Positions 1 to 11,743 of a stretch of 44,239 nucleotides of DNA are shown here, piece after piece. The translations under genes were made by a program, and so were the position numbers. The stretch covers positions 744,001 to 788,239 of the forward strand of contig BROI01000015.1 of assembly GCA_027923505.1 (NCBI GenBank), given 5' to 3'. The stretch's first letter is position 1; each line of letters starts with the position of its first letter. Under the pieces are notes generated by a model that saw nothing but the letters and a program-made list of their open reading frames with translations, did not search any database and was not told where the DNA came from. This DNA comes from Mayamaea pseudoterrestris (taxonomy: Eukaryota).

Positions 1-53
1 ATGCAACAGCAGTCTGCTCCCCAGGTTCAATGTTGCCTGACAAAGTAAATTGG

Positions 54-253
54 TTCTGATTGAGCATTTCCGGCAAACCCAACTGCTCCGCTTTGCTAGA
101 GTCAACGTTGCCCAACAAAGCAAAGGATTCTGATTGAGCGTTTCCGGCAAACCCAACCTACCAATAGCAGTAGCCAATGCAAAAGCAATCTGCTCCGCTT
201 CGCTAGGGCCAAAGCTGCACGACAAAGGGAAAGAATTCTGATTGCGCATTTCC
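54..253. repeat. Three dispersed imperfect copies of TTCTGATTG(A/C)GC(A/G)TTTCC(GGCAAACCCAAC)
   Basis: Copies at 54-83, 128-157 and 236-253; TGCTCCGCTT(T/C)GCTAG also recurs at 84-99 and 191-206. Confidence 0.7.
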
Positions 254-409
254 AACAATGGCGGAGCCTTCTGCTTGAAACAAATGCCTAGCACTCTGAG
301 TCGTCAAAATGGTTGCGTCGAAAGCACTTCCAATTCACCATTTTCACGGTGCGCATACAAGGCCTGCTGTGTTTTGCACCAGCATTGGAGAAACGATCCA
401 TTGACTAGC

Positions 410-1282
410 TCAAATGCCAAGGTTACATGTGTTTTGATGCTCTTTTGGCTGCTGGTACATGTCGCTCCATGAATCATTGGCTTCGGTTTCTGCCCCCTCG
501 TTAAAATTTCCTTGGCACTGCCTTTTTCGGGCATGCAAAGCTTTCTGCACGTTCTCCCCTTGTGTCTGGTGCGTCTCGATGCTACGTTTGCGAACGTCCA
601 TTGCCGGCTCGAGTGCAGCCATCTCACGTCGGTGTGCAGCATTACGCACTCCATCTCCGTCATAATTTCCATGAACTGTGGCAGCCACATGGGCAACAAC
701 TGGGGCCATAAAAGGAGCAGCACTGGGAGCCAGAAGAGAAGCAGCAGCTGCAGCTCCACCAAAAGCAAAAAGTCCAGCCACAACAACTAAATCCGCGTCG
801 TTAGCAGCAGCTCGCTGAGTCGGAGCTGCAACAGGAGCCGGAGCGGCAGCCATAGGAGCATACACTTCTAGATCCAACATGTGACATTCAAATTTGCCAT
901 CCCAAGCATTTGGAATCTGCGTATATAAGTCATGGCAGCTATTGTTGTTGGAGTCGCTTAATTCTTCCTTTACGTCATCGTTGGAGTCATTATTGTCATC
1001 TTCCTGCCGCATATCGTGGACACGCAAGGGATCGTTCCAGTTCCAAGCAATTTGAATGCCAAGACCATTCAACTTGTCCAAGACACTCTCCTCGAAAGTC
1101 TTGGCAATCTTTATGATACGCAACCATTCAAGCCAGAGCGCCAAGGCATTCCATCCCTTGTTAAATGATACGTTGCAATGCCCATCTCGGCAAAATAGGT
1201 GAGTAGCTGCTTGTGCATGACCTCCTGGTGTTTGAAGTCTTTCTTGAACTAGCCACTGGAAGTGAAAACAGATCTGCATCAA
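410..1282 (-). CDS. Hypothetical protein, possibly the remnant of a longer degraded gene (about 50-1625)
   Basis: 290-aa ORF with an acidic patch and an Ala/Pro-rich linker; no recognisable motif; flanked by broken reading frames. Confidence 0.3.
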   Translation of the reverse strand: MMQICFHFQWLVQERLQTPGGHAQAATHLFCRDGHCNVSFNKGWNALALWLEWLRIIKIAKTFEESVLDKLNGLGIQIAWNWNDPLRVHDMRQEDDNNDSNDDVKEELSDSNNNSCHDLYTQIPNAWDGKFECHMLDLEVYAPMAAAPAPVAAPTQRAAANDADLVVVAGLFAFGGAAAAASLLAPSAAPFMAPVVAHVAATVHGNYDGDGVRNAAHRREMAALEPAMDVRKRSIETHQTQGENVQKALHARKRQCQGNFNEGAETEANDSWSDMYQQPKEHQNTCNLGI

Positions 1283-1786
1283 TCATTGCTTGACGCAAAA
1301 TAGAGAGCACTGTCGTATTTGCCAACGATTCAGCTTGTGGTTCAGTCCAGTCACTTTGTTTTCACGCTGAGCAATTGTAAGCAAACTCAGCGAATACTTC
1401 CATTTGCGTCAGCTGTGATGAGATACATGAGCAGGGTCATCAATGTTGTCTTGCTTCTTGGACTTTGTCTTCTTGTTTGCTGTCGCATTTGGTGCATTGC
1501 GTGTGACTTTGTGGGTGTTCTTGCAATCGCGGTCCACTCAAAATTTTCTGCGCCACCAACGCAGGGGAGCCAGCCGACAATGCTTTCGTGCCAGACTCCT
1601 TTCGCGTGGCTTGTCTACTGAGCATACGTTACAGACAGATGATTGTAATTTGCAAATTGTAGCATATCAAGCTGCTGCACTTGTGGCAGTGAAGGGTAAA
1701 AGAAGCTCAATGAGCCAGTCATGGGTGATTTAAAGCAAAAATGATTGAACCTAATTTAGATTAATAAATGTTGCTTTCATTTGAAG

Positions 1787-2974
1787 CTATCCGGCATCCG
1801 ATCCATTCTCTTCTGTAGTGCTCTCATTGTTGTATTCATTGTCTGATCCATCCCCATCAGCACATTTGCTTTTGTCATGGTCTTCTTGCTCACCAGTCGC
1901 GAGCAAAAACACTTCCACCAATTTCTCACGTGTAAATCCGACTTGATGATGTTTGCAAATGAATGCAGCTGCGGACTGGTCTATAAACTTTACTTCATTT
2001 GACGCCGTAGCCGCGCCAGGTGCCTTCTTCGTGCCGCTTGATGTCGTTCCCCTCGTTGCAGTCTTGTGCTTGCCTGCTTTCTTTTTGCCTGGCAATGTCG
2101 CTGCTGAAGCCGCTACATATGCCTTATGTTTCTTCTTTTGAACAGGCTGGTTGGCAGCCAAACGCTTCTGTTTCATACTGCTTGGCGTAGGCACAATTGG
2201 CCTTGCAAGGACAAATGTGTATGGATACTGAATTGTAGCTCATCCATTCTTCACTGCAACAGTCTCATCAAGAGTCATTGATTCTTTCAGTTCCTCTGCA
2301 GTCAGCTTGACCCAGATGTCACCCATCTTACTTCTCCCGTCAGTCATCCCTTTAGTCACCAAAACATATGCATGATGAGTTTCTGGTGATGGGCCAATAT
2401 GTTCCTCTACTCCAGAAGGCAAGTCTTCTATTGCACATGCTTGTATACTTGCATCAGTCATCTCATTGATGGTGATCTTGGTGAGGTAATAGTCACATAT
2501 GTCTGGGCCAACCTTGTCCACTCTAGATCTGCTAACAGACTTTTTGGTGGCGGACTTCTCTTCTTGGATATATAACTTGGCTTTGAATCCTCTGCATTGC
2601 ATGCTGTGAGAGGCGGGTTGTTGGCTACAACCTTTTTTGATGAGCGATGAGATCTCTTGCCAATGACTTCATCATCTCCCATGGCGACCACTATCACAGT
2701 ATCAGCATCAATTGTTCAGCCACCTTAGCAACCAACTCACTGGTGTTTGTGTTGACTCAGTTAAATTAGAAAGTTGTGATATTGTTTCTACTATTATGTA
2801 CCTCATCATCTTTAGGGGCATTGCTGTTTTTGATTGGCGCACTTGCAGCAACAGCCATCGCAGGAGCAATATCATCCGAGCTTCCACTGGGTCCATCTTA
2901 TCATCGCTCATTGCTGACATGAAATAAGTACACAAGTCAATGGATGGTATGTTGTAGTTTGGTTGAAAACACAA
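1787..2974 (-). pseudogene. Decayed ORF of unknown family (Lys-rich and acidic segments)
   Basis: Chain of short same-strand ORFs (2708-2974, 2458-2697, 2240-2602, 1787-2194) in different frames; the sequence is CpG-poor and TG/CA-rich. Confidence 0.35.
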
Positions 2975-4362
2975 AGCGTTTGTGCAGTAGGAATTGATGG
3001 TGGATGGTGTTCATGGCCGCAAGTCGAAAGCGTGCGTGCGTGAGTGCGTGCGTGCTTGAAGTCAGGTCTGTACCGGTACGACATAAATGCGATGAAAAAT
3101 AGCAAGCAGTCCAAGGCCTGGATGGAACTCAACACAAAAGGTGTCGCGGCGGGATCAATACTCAATGACAAAGCAAAACTAATTACACCGTTAGAACCTG
3201 CTTGACTTACTTAGTAGATCTAGTCCTTTAAATCAATGAAAACGGTCTACTATAAGCTTTAGAAGGCCAATGATTTGTGATGCGGGGTGGTGGGTCAATT
3301 TTTGAAAACTCTGCGTTAAGTCGCTGAATGAACAAAAACCCCAGAGCGTATACCGGTATGAGCGCACAATGCCCTGCCATTACCATGTCCAATGGCCAGC
3401 AACAAAGAATACAACGACAATGATGTAGGCCATTCAGTACACAACATGTCAAGAAACTCACACCATAATATTCCAATAATCTATAACATGCTTGCAGGAT
3501 TGGATCCTAAGCTTGCTCTCTTGATTCACACCACGGCTACTCAAGTTAGCAAAACAGCTACTCAAGTTAGCACCATGGCTGCTCAAGTTAGCCAGCAAGG
3601 TACTCAAGTTAGCCAGCAAGGTACCACCCTGGACACCATGGCCAAGAACGTCGGCAATACTTCGCAACTTGTCATTAGCATGAATAATGGTATGGCTAAC
3701 AACCATCAGGCCACCCTTGCCAACCAGACTGCCAACCAGCAGCAGATCCTTGACACCCTCACCAACCAGCCAACAACCCTTGTGCACCAGGAGCAGACCC
3801 TTGCCATTGTTGCCAACCAGGCTGCCAACCAGACGGAAAACCTTGCCAACCAGCGGCAGATCCTTGACATCCTTGCCAACCAGCCGAAAATTCTTGTGCA
3901 CCAGCGGCAGATCCTCACCAACCAGGATGCCAACAAGCGCACCACAACTGGGCAGCTCAACACTCTCCTGGCCAACCAGGCTGCCAACCTGACGGATAAC
4001 CTTGCCAACCAGAAGTAGATCCTTGACATCCTTGCCAACCAGCCGACGATCTTTTGCACCAGGAGCAGACCCTTGCCATCGTTGCCCTCCAGCAGCAGAT
4101 CCTCGACAACCAGCCAAAGATCCTGACCAACCAGGAGCAGATCCTCAACATCCTCGCCAACCAGCCGACGATCCTCACCAACCAGCAGCAGATCCTTGAC
4201 AACAACCAGCAGCAGATCCTCAACATCCTCACCAACCAGCCAACAATCCTCACCAACCAGCAGCAGATCCTTGACATCCTTGCCAACCAGCCGGATGTCC
4301 TCACCTGCCAGGAGCAGATCCTTGCCAACCAGCAGCAAATCCTCGCCAACCAGGCTGCCAAC

Positions 4363-4515
4363 AAGGATGCCACTACTGGGCAGCTCAACACTGTCCTTGC
4401 CAAACAGGATGCCACTACTGCGCAGCTCAACACTGTCCTTGCCAAACAGGATGCCACTACTGCGCAGCTCAACACAGTCCTTTCCAAACAGGATGCCACT
4501 ACTGAGCAGCTCAAA
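4363..4515 (+). repeat. 42-bp coding tandem repeat (KQDATTAQLNTVLA), about 3.5 copies
   Basis: CAGGATGCCACTACTGCGCAGCTCAACACTGTCCTTGCCAAA repeated near-perfectly. Confidence 0.9.
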
Positions 4516-4851
4516 TCTCTTCTTGCCAACCAGATGCAGATCCTTGCCAACCAGACTGCCAACACGCGGGTCATCAACGAGATGAATCAGACCATCAACC
4601 AGTCGAATCAGGCCATCACTAATGTGTACACGGCTATCGATACTAAATTCAACAGTTTCACTGAGCATATCACCGACAAGATGCGTCGCATGAATGACCA
4701 ATTCAGTACTTCTGTGCACACTTATCATGACTTGATGTTGCCGCCTCTTGCAAATATTGATACACGCATTGGTGAGGTTATGGTTGGGATGCAGGTCTTG
4801 CTTGGAGGCATGCAGGCAGGCCCAGCTGGTGTAGGCCAAGGCCAAGCTGGC

Positions 4852-5040
4852 GGCAACGAAGAAGCCGAGGTTGGCGCGGATGCTGAGGCAGGCGCCAACG
4901 AAGAAGCCGAGGTTGGCGCGGATGCTGAGGCGGGCGCCAATGAAGAAGCCAAGGTTGGTGCGGATGCTGAGGCAGGCGCCAACGAAGAAGCCAAGGTGGG
5001 CACCAACGAAGAAGCCGAGGTTGGCGCAAATGCTGAGGTG
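4852..5040 (+). repeat. 42-bp coding tandem repeat (NEEAEVGADAEAGA), about 4-5 copies
   Basis: AACGAAGAAGCCGAGGTTGGCGCGGATGCTGAGGCAGGCGCC repeated with few substitutions; one copy is shortened. Confidence 0.9.
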
Positions 5041-5526
5041 GGCGACATTGGAGCTGGTGAAGATGGTGCCAACAAAGACGCCGAAGATGGCGGCAACAAA
5101 GTTATCAAGGAGATTGACATTGCGGCAGATGCCTAAGACTTGAGTTCAAAGTTTGAACATGGAGGGACGGCGTTTGGAAGGGCCGTTTGTTGGTGGAACA
5201 ATATCATTACATGTTTATTTCATGGTCATTTGAGACTGTCGCTCAAGCTTGACGCAGCTTTGACCAATTATAGTTTTAGTTGATGACTATTTCAATATAC
5301 ATGTAGTTGTCGTCAAAGGTGATACATAGTAAAGTAGTTGATGCTGCTTACGGTAGCAAAGCCATGGCGAATCTCCGCGAGCCGCTCGTTTCCATGTCGC
5401 AGCGATTATAAATGAGTCATGCTGCGACGTTTTACGAGTTGGCAACTTGCAGCCATGAAGATTCCACTCGATTCTTTTGTTGGCATGTGTCTCTCCTTGC
5501 CGTTTACATTACCCTACACTAGCAAT

Positions 5527-5988
5527 ATGTCATCTTCATCATCATCTATGTGCCTGTCATACTCGACTAAAGAGCTTGTTGCCGCCGCCAAGCGCCACTG
5601 GCAGTTTCTGGCCGACCTGCATTGCCTCGGCATCACTCTCGCACCAAGGAATTGGCAGGCTTTGAGCATTCATCGCTACTTGAATTACTGGATTCCGCTA
5701 CTGCAGCAGCAGCAAGACAATGAAGAAAGCAATCACAATAATATACTCGTTCCTCCGGCTGACATTGCCTGGGTGTGGCACTGCGATCGGCTGCAGCCAT
5801 TGGAATACTTGAAGCGATTCGACGATGGCAATGGAATAAGCGACGCCAATTTACAGCATCACATGGCATCGGCCTTTTTGTTTCAGATGCCGAGCGCAAA
5901 CATTCATGTTCCTACAATTGAAGTTTGGAAGAGTATGTATCCAAATGTACCATTCTTCACGACGAGCATGACAAGCGCAAAACAATTC

Positions 5989-6045
<57 letters not shown>

Positions 6046-6397
6046 CCGATATGCAGTCACTCCAATCACTCTGCGCCAGTCAAGCCAACTTTTTCTACAA
6101 AATATCCAGTCCAAATTATAGTGACGATGAATTTTTGAGCAAGGCCGTTCGTCGCTACCAGCTGTTTCTGACGTTACCGATGTCATGCACGTCACTTCCG
6201 CTCGTTCCGACGCACTCGATTGATTTTGTTTGGCACACGCACATGGTGTTAAACGCGCAGACGTATGTGAAGGATTGCCAAAGGCTGCGCCAAGACGCGA
6301 GCGTACTCATGCATAGTCACAATGAAAGTGCAAACGACAATCAGCAGCAAATGCAGGAATTACTTTCACACAATCATGCTCGAGACGCAAACGAGAC

Positions 6398-6430
<33 letters not shown>

Positions 6431-6770
6431 TCAGCAACACGACGCATGGTCAAACACGCTGGCGCTGTGGAAGCAGGTGCATCCAACAAAAGATTTTGTT
6501 GTTGACGGTGACTGCCTCTGCCATGGTGCGCCGCCGCGAGAGTATTATGAGCAGCATGAAACATGGAAATGGAGCAGCAGCAACAGCAAAGATGTTATCA
6601 ATGAACATGGCATCGGCAATGGTGACGCAGCGACAAGGCACGAGTCGGAGGAAGCAGAGGTGCATCCGCACGCGCCTCCGCCGCCATGTGCGTTCGTTCC
6701 CATGCATGCGCCGCTCCGTGGCAAGCCATCGCCACCAGCATTTATTAGCGCAAGTGCTGGTCAATCATTA

Positions 6771-6814
<44 letters not shown>

Positions 6815-7250
6815 CGAGTATTCCAACGCCAAGCATCCTCCAAAAGACCATTATGTGTTTGGCATGGGACCGTGCGGCGTGGGCTACTACTCGCTCGAGC
6901 CTAGCAGCAACAACCATCACTTGGCCGATGCATTACTAATTATGAACCAGCGCTTCAAGCACAAGCAGCACACTTTAGAAGCGCAAGTGCGTGCGATTGA
7001 TACGAGCTATTGCTTGTGTGGATTGTTTGGATACTTGCCAGCGCCAACTAGGCGAAAACGTGAGTCTCTGGAGGAGGAGATTGTCACGTTGAGCAACATG
7101 CGGCGAAGCATTTGGCGCGCCGTCAAGAAGGATTCATTGAGGAGCAGGAGGCGACATCACAGCAGCAGCAGCAAAATCTATGTATTGGGCTACAGAGCGG
7201 TATGTTTATCTGCAGGAAAGCCATACTATTTCAACTTTAAAACCATATAA
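5527..7250 (+). CDS. Glycine-rich domain-containing protein-like (GRDP/DUF1399 family), one frameshift near 5950-6045
   Basis: Two family signature motifs in successive frames: LVPPADIAWVWHCDRLQPLEY (ORF 5419-6138) and AVRRYQLFL...LVPTHSIDFVWHTHMV (ORF 5925-7250). The start codon is uncertain and the 3' end may be chimeric after about 7172. Confidence 0.75.
5990..6043 (+). repeat. (CAG)18 microsatellite
   Basis: Perfect CAG run; further runs at about 6398-6426 and 6774-6812. Confidence 0.95.
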
Positions 7251-7353
7251 TTTGTAACATTCTATATATTTAGTTTATATAAAAGGAAACTGATTGTTGA
7301 AAGGAAGGGCGAGAAGGAATGGACAGTATAAAAAACTTGAACACAGCGTTCGA

Positions 7354-7475
7354 TTAAAGGCCCAGCATTTCCTTCGCATGATAAATCTCCTGCAATTTTT
7401 TTCTGCATACACGCGCTCTTCATTTGACATATATGATTTATACTTGTCTGGATGATAAATAAGTGCCATGCCATG
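7354..7475 (-). pseudogene. C-terminal J-domain (DnaJ-type) fragment
   Basis: Reads MALIYHPDKYKSYMSNEERVYAEK. Adding one A to the A7 run (7396-7402) continues it as KLQEIYHAKEMLGL-stop, giving the HPD motif plus J-domain helix III. Confidence 0.6.
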
Positions 7476-7479
7476 TTAA

Positions 7480-9010
7480 CCCTTCCTCAGAGTTGCCCGA
7501 CTACGGCAGAAGAGGGAGCAGATGGAGTATGAATTGACAGCGAATGGTTCAAGCTGTTTGAGGTATGGAGGTTCGTGAGAAGGACATGGAACTGCTCGGT
7601 CATTACATTGCCGAATTGATGCGCTGGAACTACGTATCCAACGTTTCTGCGGAATCACTTTCACCTGGCGTGGAAGATCTTTTCGCACAATAGCGTACTG
7701 GCAGGCATTTCTTATGGAATTTCAAGGACGAAATGGAATGATGATGGGTAAAGACGGAATCTTTCGTTCGGCACTTTGGAACGCTTATGCTTGCTACGCG
7801 ACAATATACTAGAACTTGACGGACGAAGACGCCAGCGCACTACTTGTTGATTGATGCACCCGGGTCGTTGTCGACCGAAAAATCGGCCAGACGGCCATGG
7901 AGCGGGCTCGAAAGCATTTATACGATGTGACTGTGCTCACTCGATGACTCCAGACGAGAAAGAATATTACCAGGCGCGGCAGCAGCTGAGCGAATACATG
8001 ACATGTTAAATGAAATAGAAACAGCCTTGGTAGATTGCAGCACATTTATAGAAGACGATGAAAGGTACTTTTAAAGGGTTTGAAGGGGAAGCGCCTGCTG
8101 CGCCATTGGGGCGGATCGACGGAGTCATTGATTTGTGACTGGAGCAGCCTTGCCCGCAAGCACGGTGTGACGAGTTATCAACTCCCTTTCTGTCATGCCC
8201 AGCTGCAGCAACAACGAGATGGTGGCACTAGGGCGCGTGAGTTATTACCAATGATCCTTGCCGACGAGAAACAGGCGCTTGAAATTTATCATGAGGCAGG
8301 TCACAACCTGTTGCTGGCACGAGACCACGTTGTCAAGCAGCTGGAGAAAGATGTGACAGATCGCCTGCCGTCTCTGTCGATGGAAACCACGATTTTGCAT
8401 CGAACTACTGCAGATTCGATCACTTACGGACGCGTCGGTCTCGAGCGGCGCTAATTATGCAGAGTCCATAGCATTTAAACTGTGGACAGAACGTAGCAGT
8501 GAAATGGGTGGTGACGTGCATGATGTGGCGAGCTCAGGCGAAAAGTCTCGCTTTCTGTTGGCTTTAGAAAGTTCGCTACCTGGCTGCGTTGGCGCTGTTA
8601 GGCGGAGGAACTTGCATGGCGGGGCGTTGTTACCGTCTGTACCACCGATCGCCGTCATCTACGACGAGATTGACGCCCACGTGGGCGGTTCAGCAGCCGA
8701 CGCGTTGGCAACTATGCTTGCTTCTCAGGCACGCAACTGCCAAATAGTGGCAATCACACACAGCCCGCCGGTTGGTGCCCTTGCTGATCTCCATTTGGTG
8801 GTCAGAAAGTCGTATAATATCGACGAGTTTAACAAGGGAGTTGGCCCAAGAACAGTCGTTAATGTCACGGAGGTTGATAAGAGTGAGCGGCGACTGGAAC
8901 TCGCACGAATGGCCAGTGGGGATTTGGCTACGAGTGAAGCGCAGATGTTTGCTGAAGCTTTGATTCGCGAGGGTGTAATTCGAAGAGATGCGACAAAGGA
9001 GCTGTACTGA
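7480..9010 (+). CDS. recN: DNA repair protein RecN-like (SMC family), C-terminal part, multiply frameshifted; N-terminal Walker A region not seen
   Basis: ASSGEKSRFLLALE signature, IYDEIDAHVGG (Walker B/D-loop), QIVAITHSPPVGALADLHLVVRK (H-loop) and RRLELARMASG in ORF 8504-9010; LARKHG in ORF 8080-8454. Confidence 0.85.
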
Positions 9011-9174
9011 CTGACACATTGATACTGATGTCTTGCTATGGAGTCGCGTTATCTAGTTACCTGTAAGCTGGTATTTCGCTATCGACACGAAGCTGATGGA
9101 CCTCGTGAGACCATCGTATGACCTACTCGTAGTAGATAAAAAGAAAGTTGATTAGCATCAAAATGAATACATAT

Positions 9175-11395
9175 CTAGTCTTCCCTATCAAATTCGTTGA
9201 CAAAGTGCTGATGTAGTTCAGCTCTTTCGGCCTCTTCAATCGAAACACATGACGTTGACGTCCACACTTCCTGTAAAAGAAAGCTAAAGGTTCAGATGTT
9301 TTGCTTCAGCTATGTGATTCTATCATATCCATCAACAGATACTTACCAAGTTGAGAACATCGAACTCATTTTTAGTTGGCGATAACCTCGACGCCAGACG
9401 CGGATTATTAAAAGTCCCACACGAATTCGTTTCTCCACCTTGCAAATCGCCGTCAATCATGAAGCCTATACCCGTCGGTTCATCTGGAAAGGGCAATCCA
9501 CTTGAGCCAAACTCGCCACCTCCAACTCCAAGGCTCTTTTGTGAGCAATACTGAATCATGCGGTCATTGCCCGTATACGGATACACCTCCATTTCGTTGT
9601 CAAACGCAAAAGTTCTCATTCTGCATCTATCGAGTCGCGAACGCTTCAGCCTCCAAAGGAAGCATCCACTGTTGCCATACCACGTAGACTGGACGCGCCA
9701 CGCCGCCGAGCAGAATGCGCCAAAGACATGGCCATCTCGAGTCTCCACGCCAAGCACCGTATACTTGGACGTTCGCACTTTTGATAGAAGGATAGGCAGA
9801 GACACGCCGTCACGCTGCATGGAATATTTTAACCAAAAGTTTTGGTCAGCGATGGCATAAGGGAAAAAGCTCCGCAACGATTCCATGAGCGATGGAGTCA
9901 ACACTCCAACTTTGAATGCAGGAGTAACGCCAAGTATAAAGAAAGGAAACTCGCGACCATCGAACCTAGCCATCGAAGCAACCTTGCTTGTACCATGCCG
10001 GTATGTGATGGAACTTGACACGGTTGTATCAACGTCGGTGGCTTCGTCATCAATAAGATTGGGCAACAAGGCCACGTCGCGTCCTTCATAATGAATGTCT
10101 GCTTGAGCATAGTGGCGACGGCGTTGCTGCAAACAGTTGCGGTCACCATGAGCAAGAAAGCGATGCTGCTTGTCATCGTACTCTTCGTCACTCAACGTTT
10201 CATTGATTTGAAATAGCGGATCCAACTTCAAGGTGGTCGAGGCAGTTTCAACCGCATGCAACTGTGCTTCAGACGGTGCGCGTTCAGTCTCTTCCAACAG
10301 ATCATAAAGAAATGTCTTTTCGCTTGGCAAGAGCACATTCTCTCGTTCAAGGAGTGCAGCCTTGAGCAGGCGACATGCAAAGAGGTATCGTTCTTGGGAA
10401 CCTGAATCCACTTCGCTGTCCATTTTGCTGATCGCGAGTGGAGATTGCTTTGGTTGGCAATACGGTGTGCAAGAGTGCGTACTAGCTTCGACAGACTTTT
10501 TTGATTGGGGTTGTTGAGTGAGCATGCGACGTGGACGACTGTCGAGCGCAGATCTTTGAGTAAACGACATTTGCATCGGCGTTGCTGCTGGCGATGGCAC
10601 TTTGCTGTTTTGCTGATGCGCTCTTGTTTCTAGCTCATCTCGGATCATTATTTCGTTTTTTAGAATAAAAACAGGATTTTGCTGATGAGGGGTTGTTCGA
10701 CGCAATACATTCGAGTTAGATTTCGAAGGTAGAGCTTTACTGGCGGAACTGTTGTCTCGCCCTTGCAAGAACAAAACAATGGCGTCGAGCTCGTCTTGAA
10801 TATATCCCGAGTCGCCACGTTCAAATCGTTCCACACTGGAGTATCTATCATCATCAAGTTTTTGAAAGGTTTCTGTTGATAGCTCTCCAACTGAGTTTCT
10901 TTTTTCAACGTTGATTGGTGCTGCATCGGATTGTGGTTTGCTGTTGTCCTCGTATGATCGCATCGCTGAGTGTAGCATCATCTCCTTGCCGCGTGTTTGT
11001 TGGGAGAATCTTCTGTATGGTGACTCAAGAGATTTCTGTCGCGTTTGTCGTTCTGTGGCGGATGATTGAAATTGCGGTGCAGTCGTTTGAACCTCTTCTT
11101 GCTTGGGCATCATGTCGGGAAACGCCCAGGTAACCGCTTCAGTTTCCGACAATTCGACTGGTCGCTGCGAATTTTCAAGAGGCGATTCTTGACACTTTCT
11201 CATCCAAGCAACTGTCCGACGATCTGATCCAGTCGTTGACGCATCATGACCAATCGCTCGGTCCATCCTTTGTAGAACTGGTTCTTCCTGCACGACGTTC
11301 GTTGACGATCGATTCGCAACGTCTGATTTCGTCGTGATTACGTCGTCATAGTAGTCATCGTTCTTGCCGCAACAGCAACAAAGCGTCATTTTCAT
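9175..11395 (-). CDS. TLDc-domain (OXR1/NCOA7-like) protein; exons 11395-9347 and 9270-9175
   Basis: FWLKYSMQRDGVSL...GHVFGAF...WYGNSGCFLWR...LGVGGG...SCGTFNNPRL. A 76-bp GTAAGT...TTACAG intron (9346-9271) joins FDVLNL to EVWT, the canonical TLDc end. N-terminal CCCC cluster. Confidence 0.9.
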
Positions 11396-11743
11396 ATTCC
11401 ACCGTCTATAGCAAGCGTTGCAAGTCTAATAATAGGTCTATGAATCGATAATTCGCACGTCGCGTTGGTCATCGCTTGAGATGGAATGGATGCGTTGTTG
11501 GAAAAAACGTCTCAGTACCGCTACGACTATTGGAAATTCAACGGAAGGAAACTCAAGTATAGAGCTTCAAGTACACAATTGACATTTCTGTCATTCACAA
11601 AACGTCATGATACGAATGGCTTCACTGCTCGCTCGAGTGTCGTGCTGCCAACCGCCACCCATCCATTTTCGATATTCGATCCGTCAATCGTTCTCGCTGG
11701 CATGGTCCCGCAAGTTGAGGTTCAAGAATAATACTGTAGCACC

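Larger units (their letters stand above)
3392..5136 (+). pseudogene. Asn/Gln-rich heptad-repeat coiled-coil protein with acidic repeat tail (about 580 aa), interrupted by a stop and a 1-nt deletion
   Basis: ORFs 3392-4018 and 4054-5136 carry the same ILANQQQ/ILANQPT repeats. TAG at 4016-4018 sits where sister repeats have CAG, and ATCTTTTGCAC at about 4049-4059 is 1 nt shorter than the ATTCTTGTGCAC-type unit. Confidence 0.7.

Noticed and set aside
3458..4845. Long minus-strand ORFs (219, 379 and 206 aa)
   Set aside because: They are antisense shadows of the repetitive plus-strand gene and stay open because of the repeat.
5851..6195. Poly-cysteine ORF on the minus strand
   Set aside because: It is the antisense reading of the CAG microsatellite within the GRDP-like gene.
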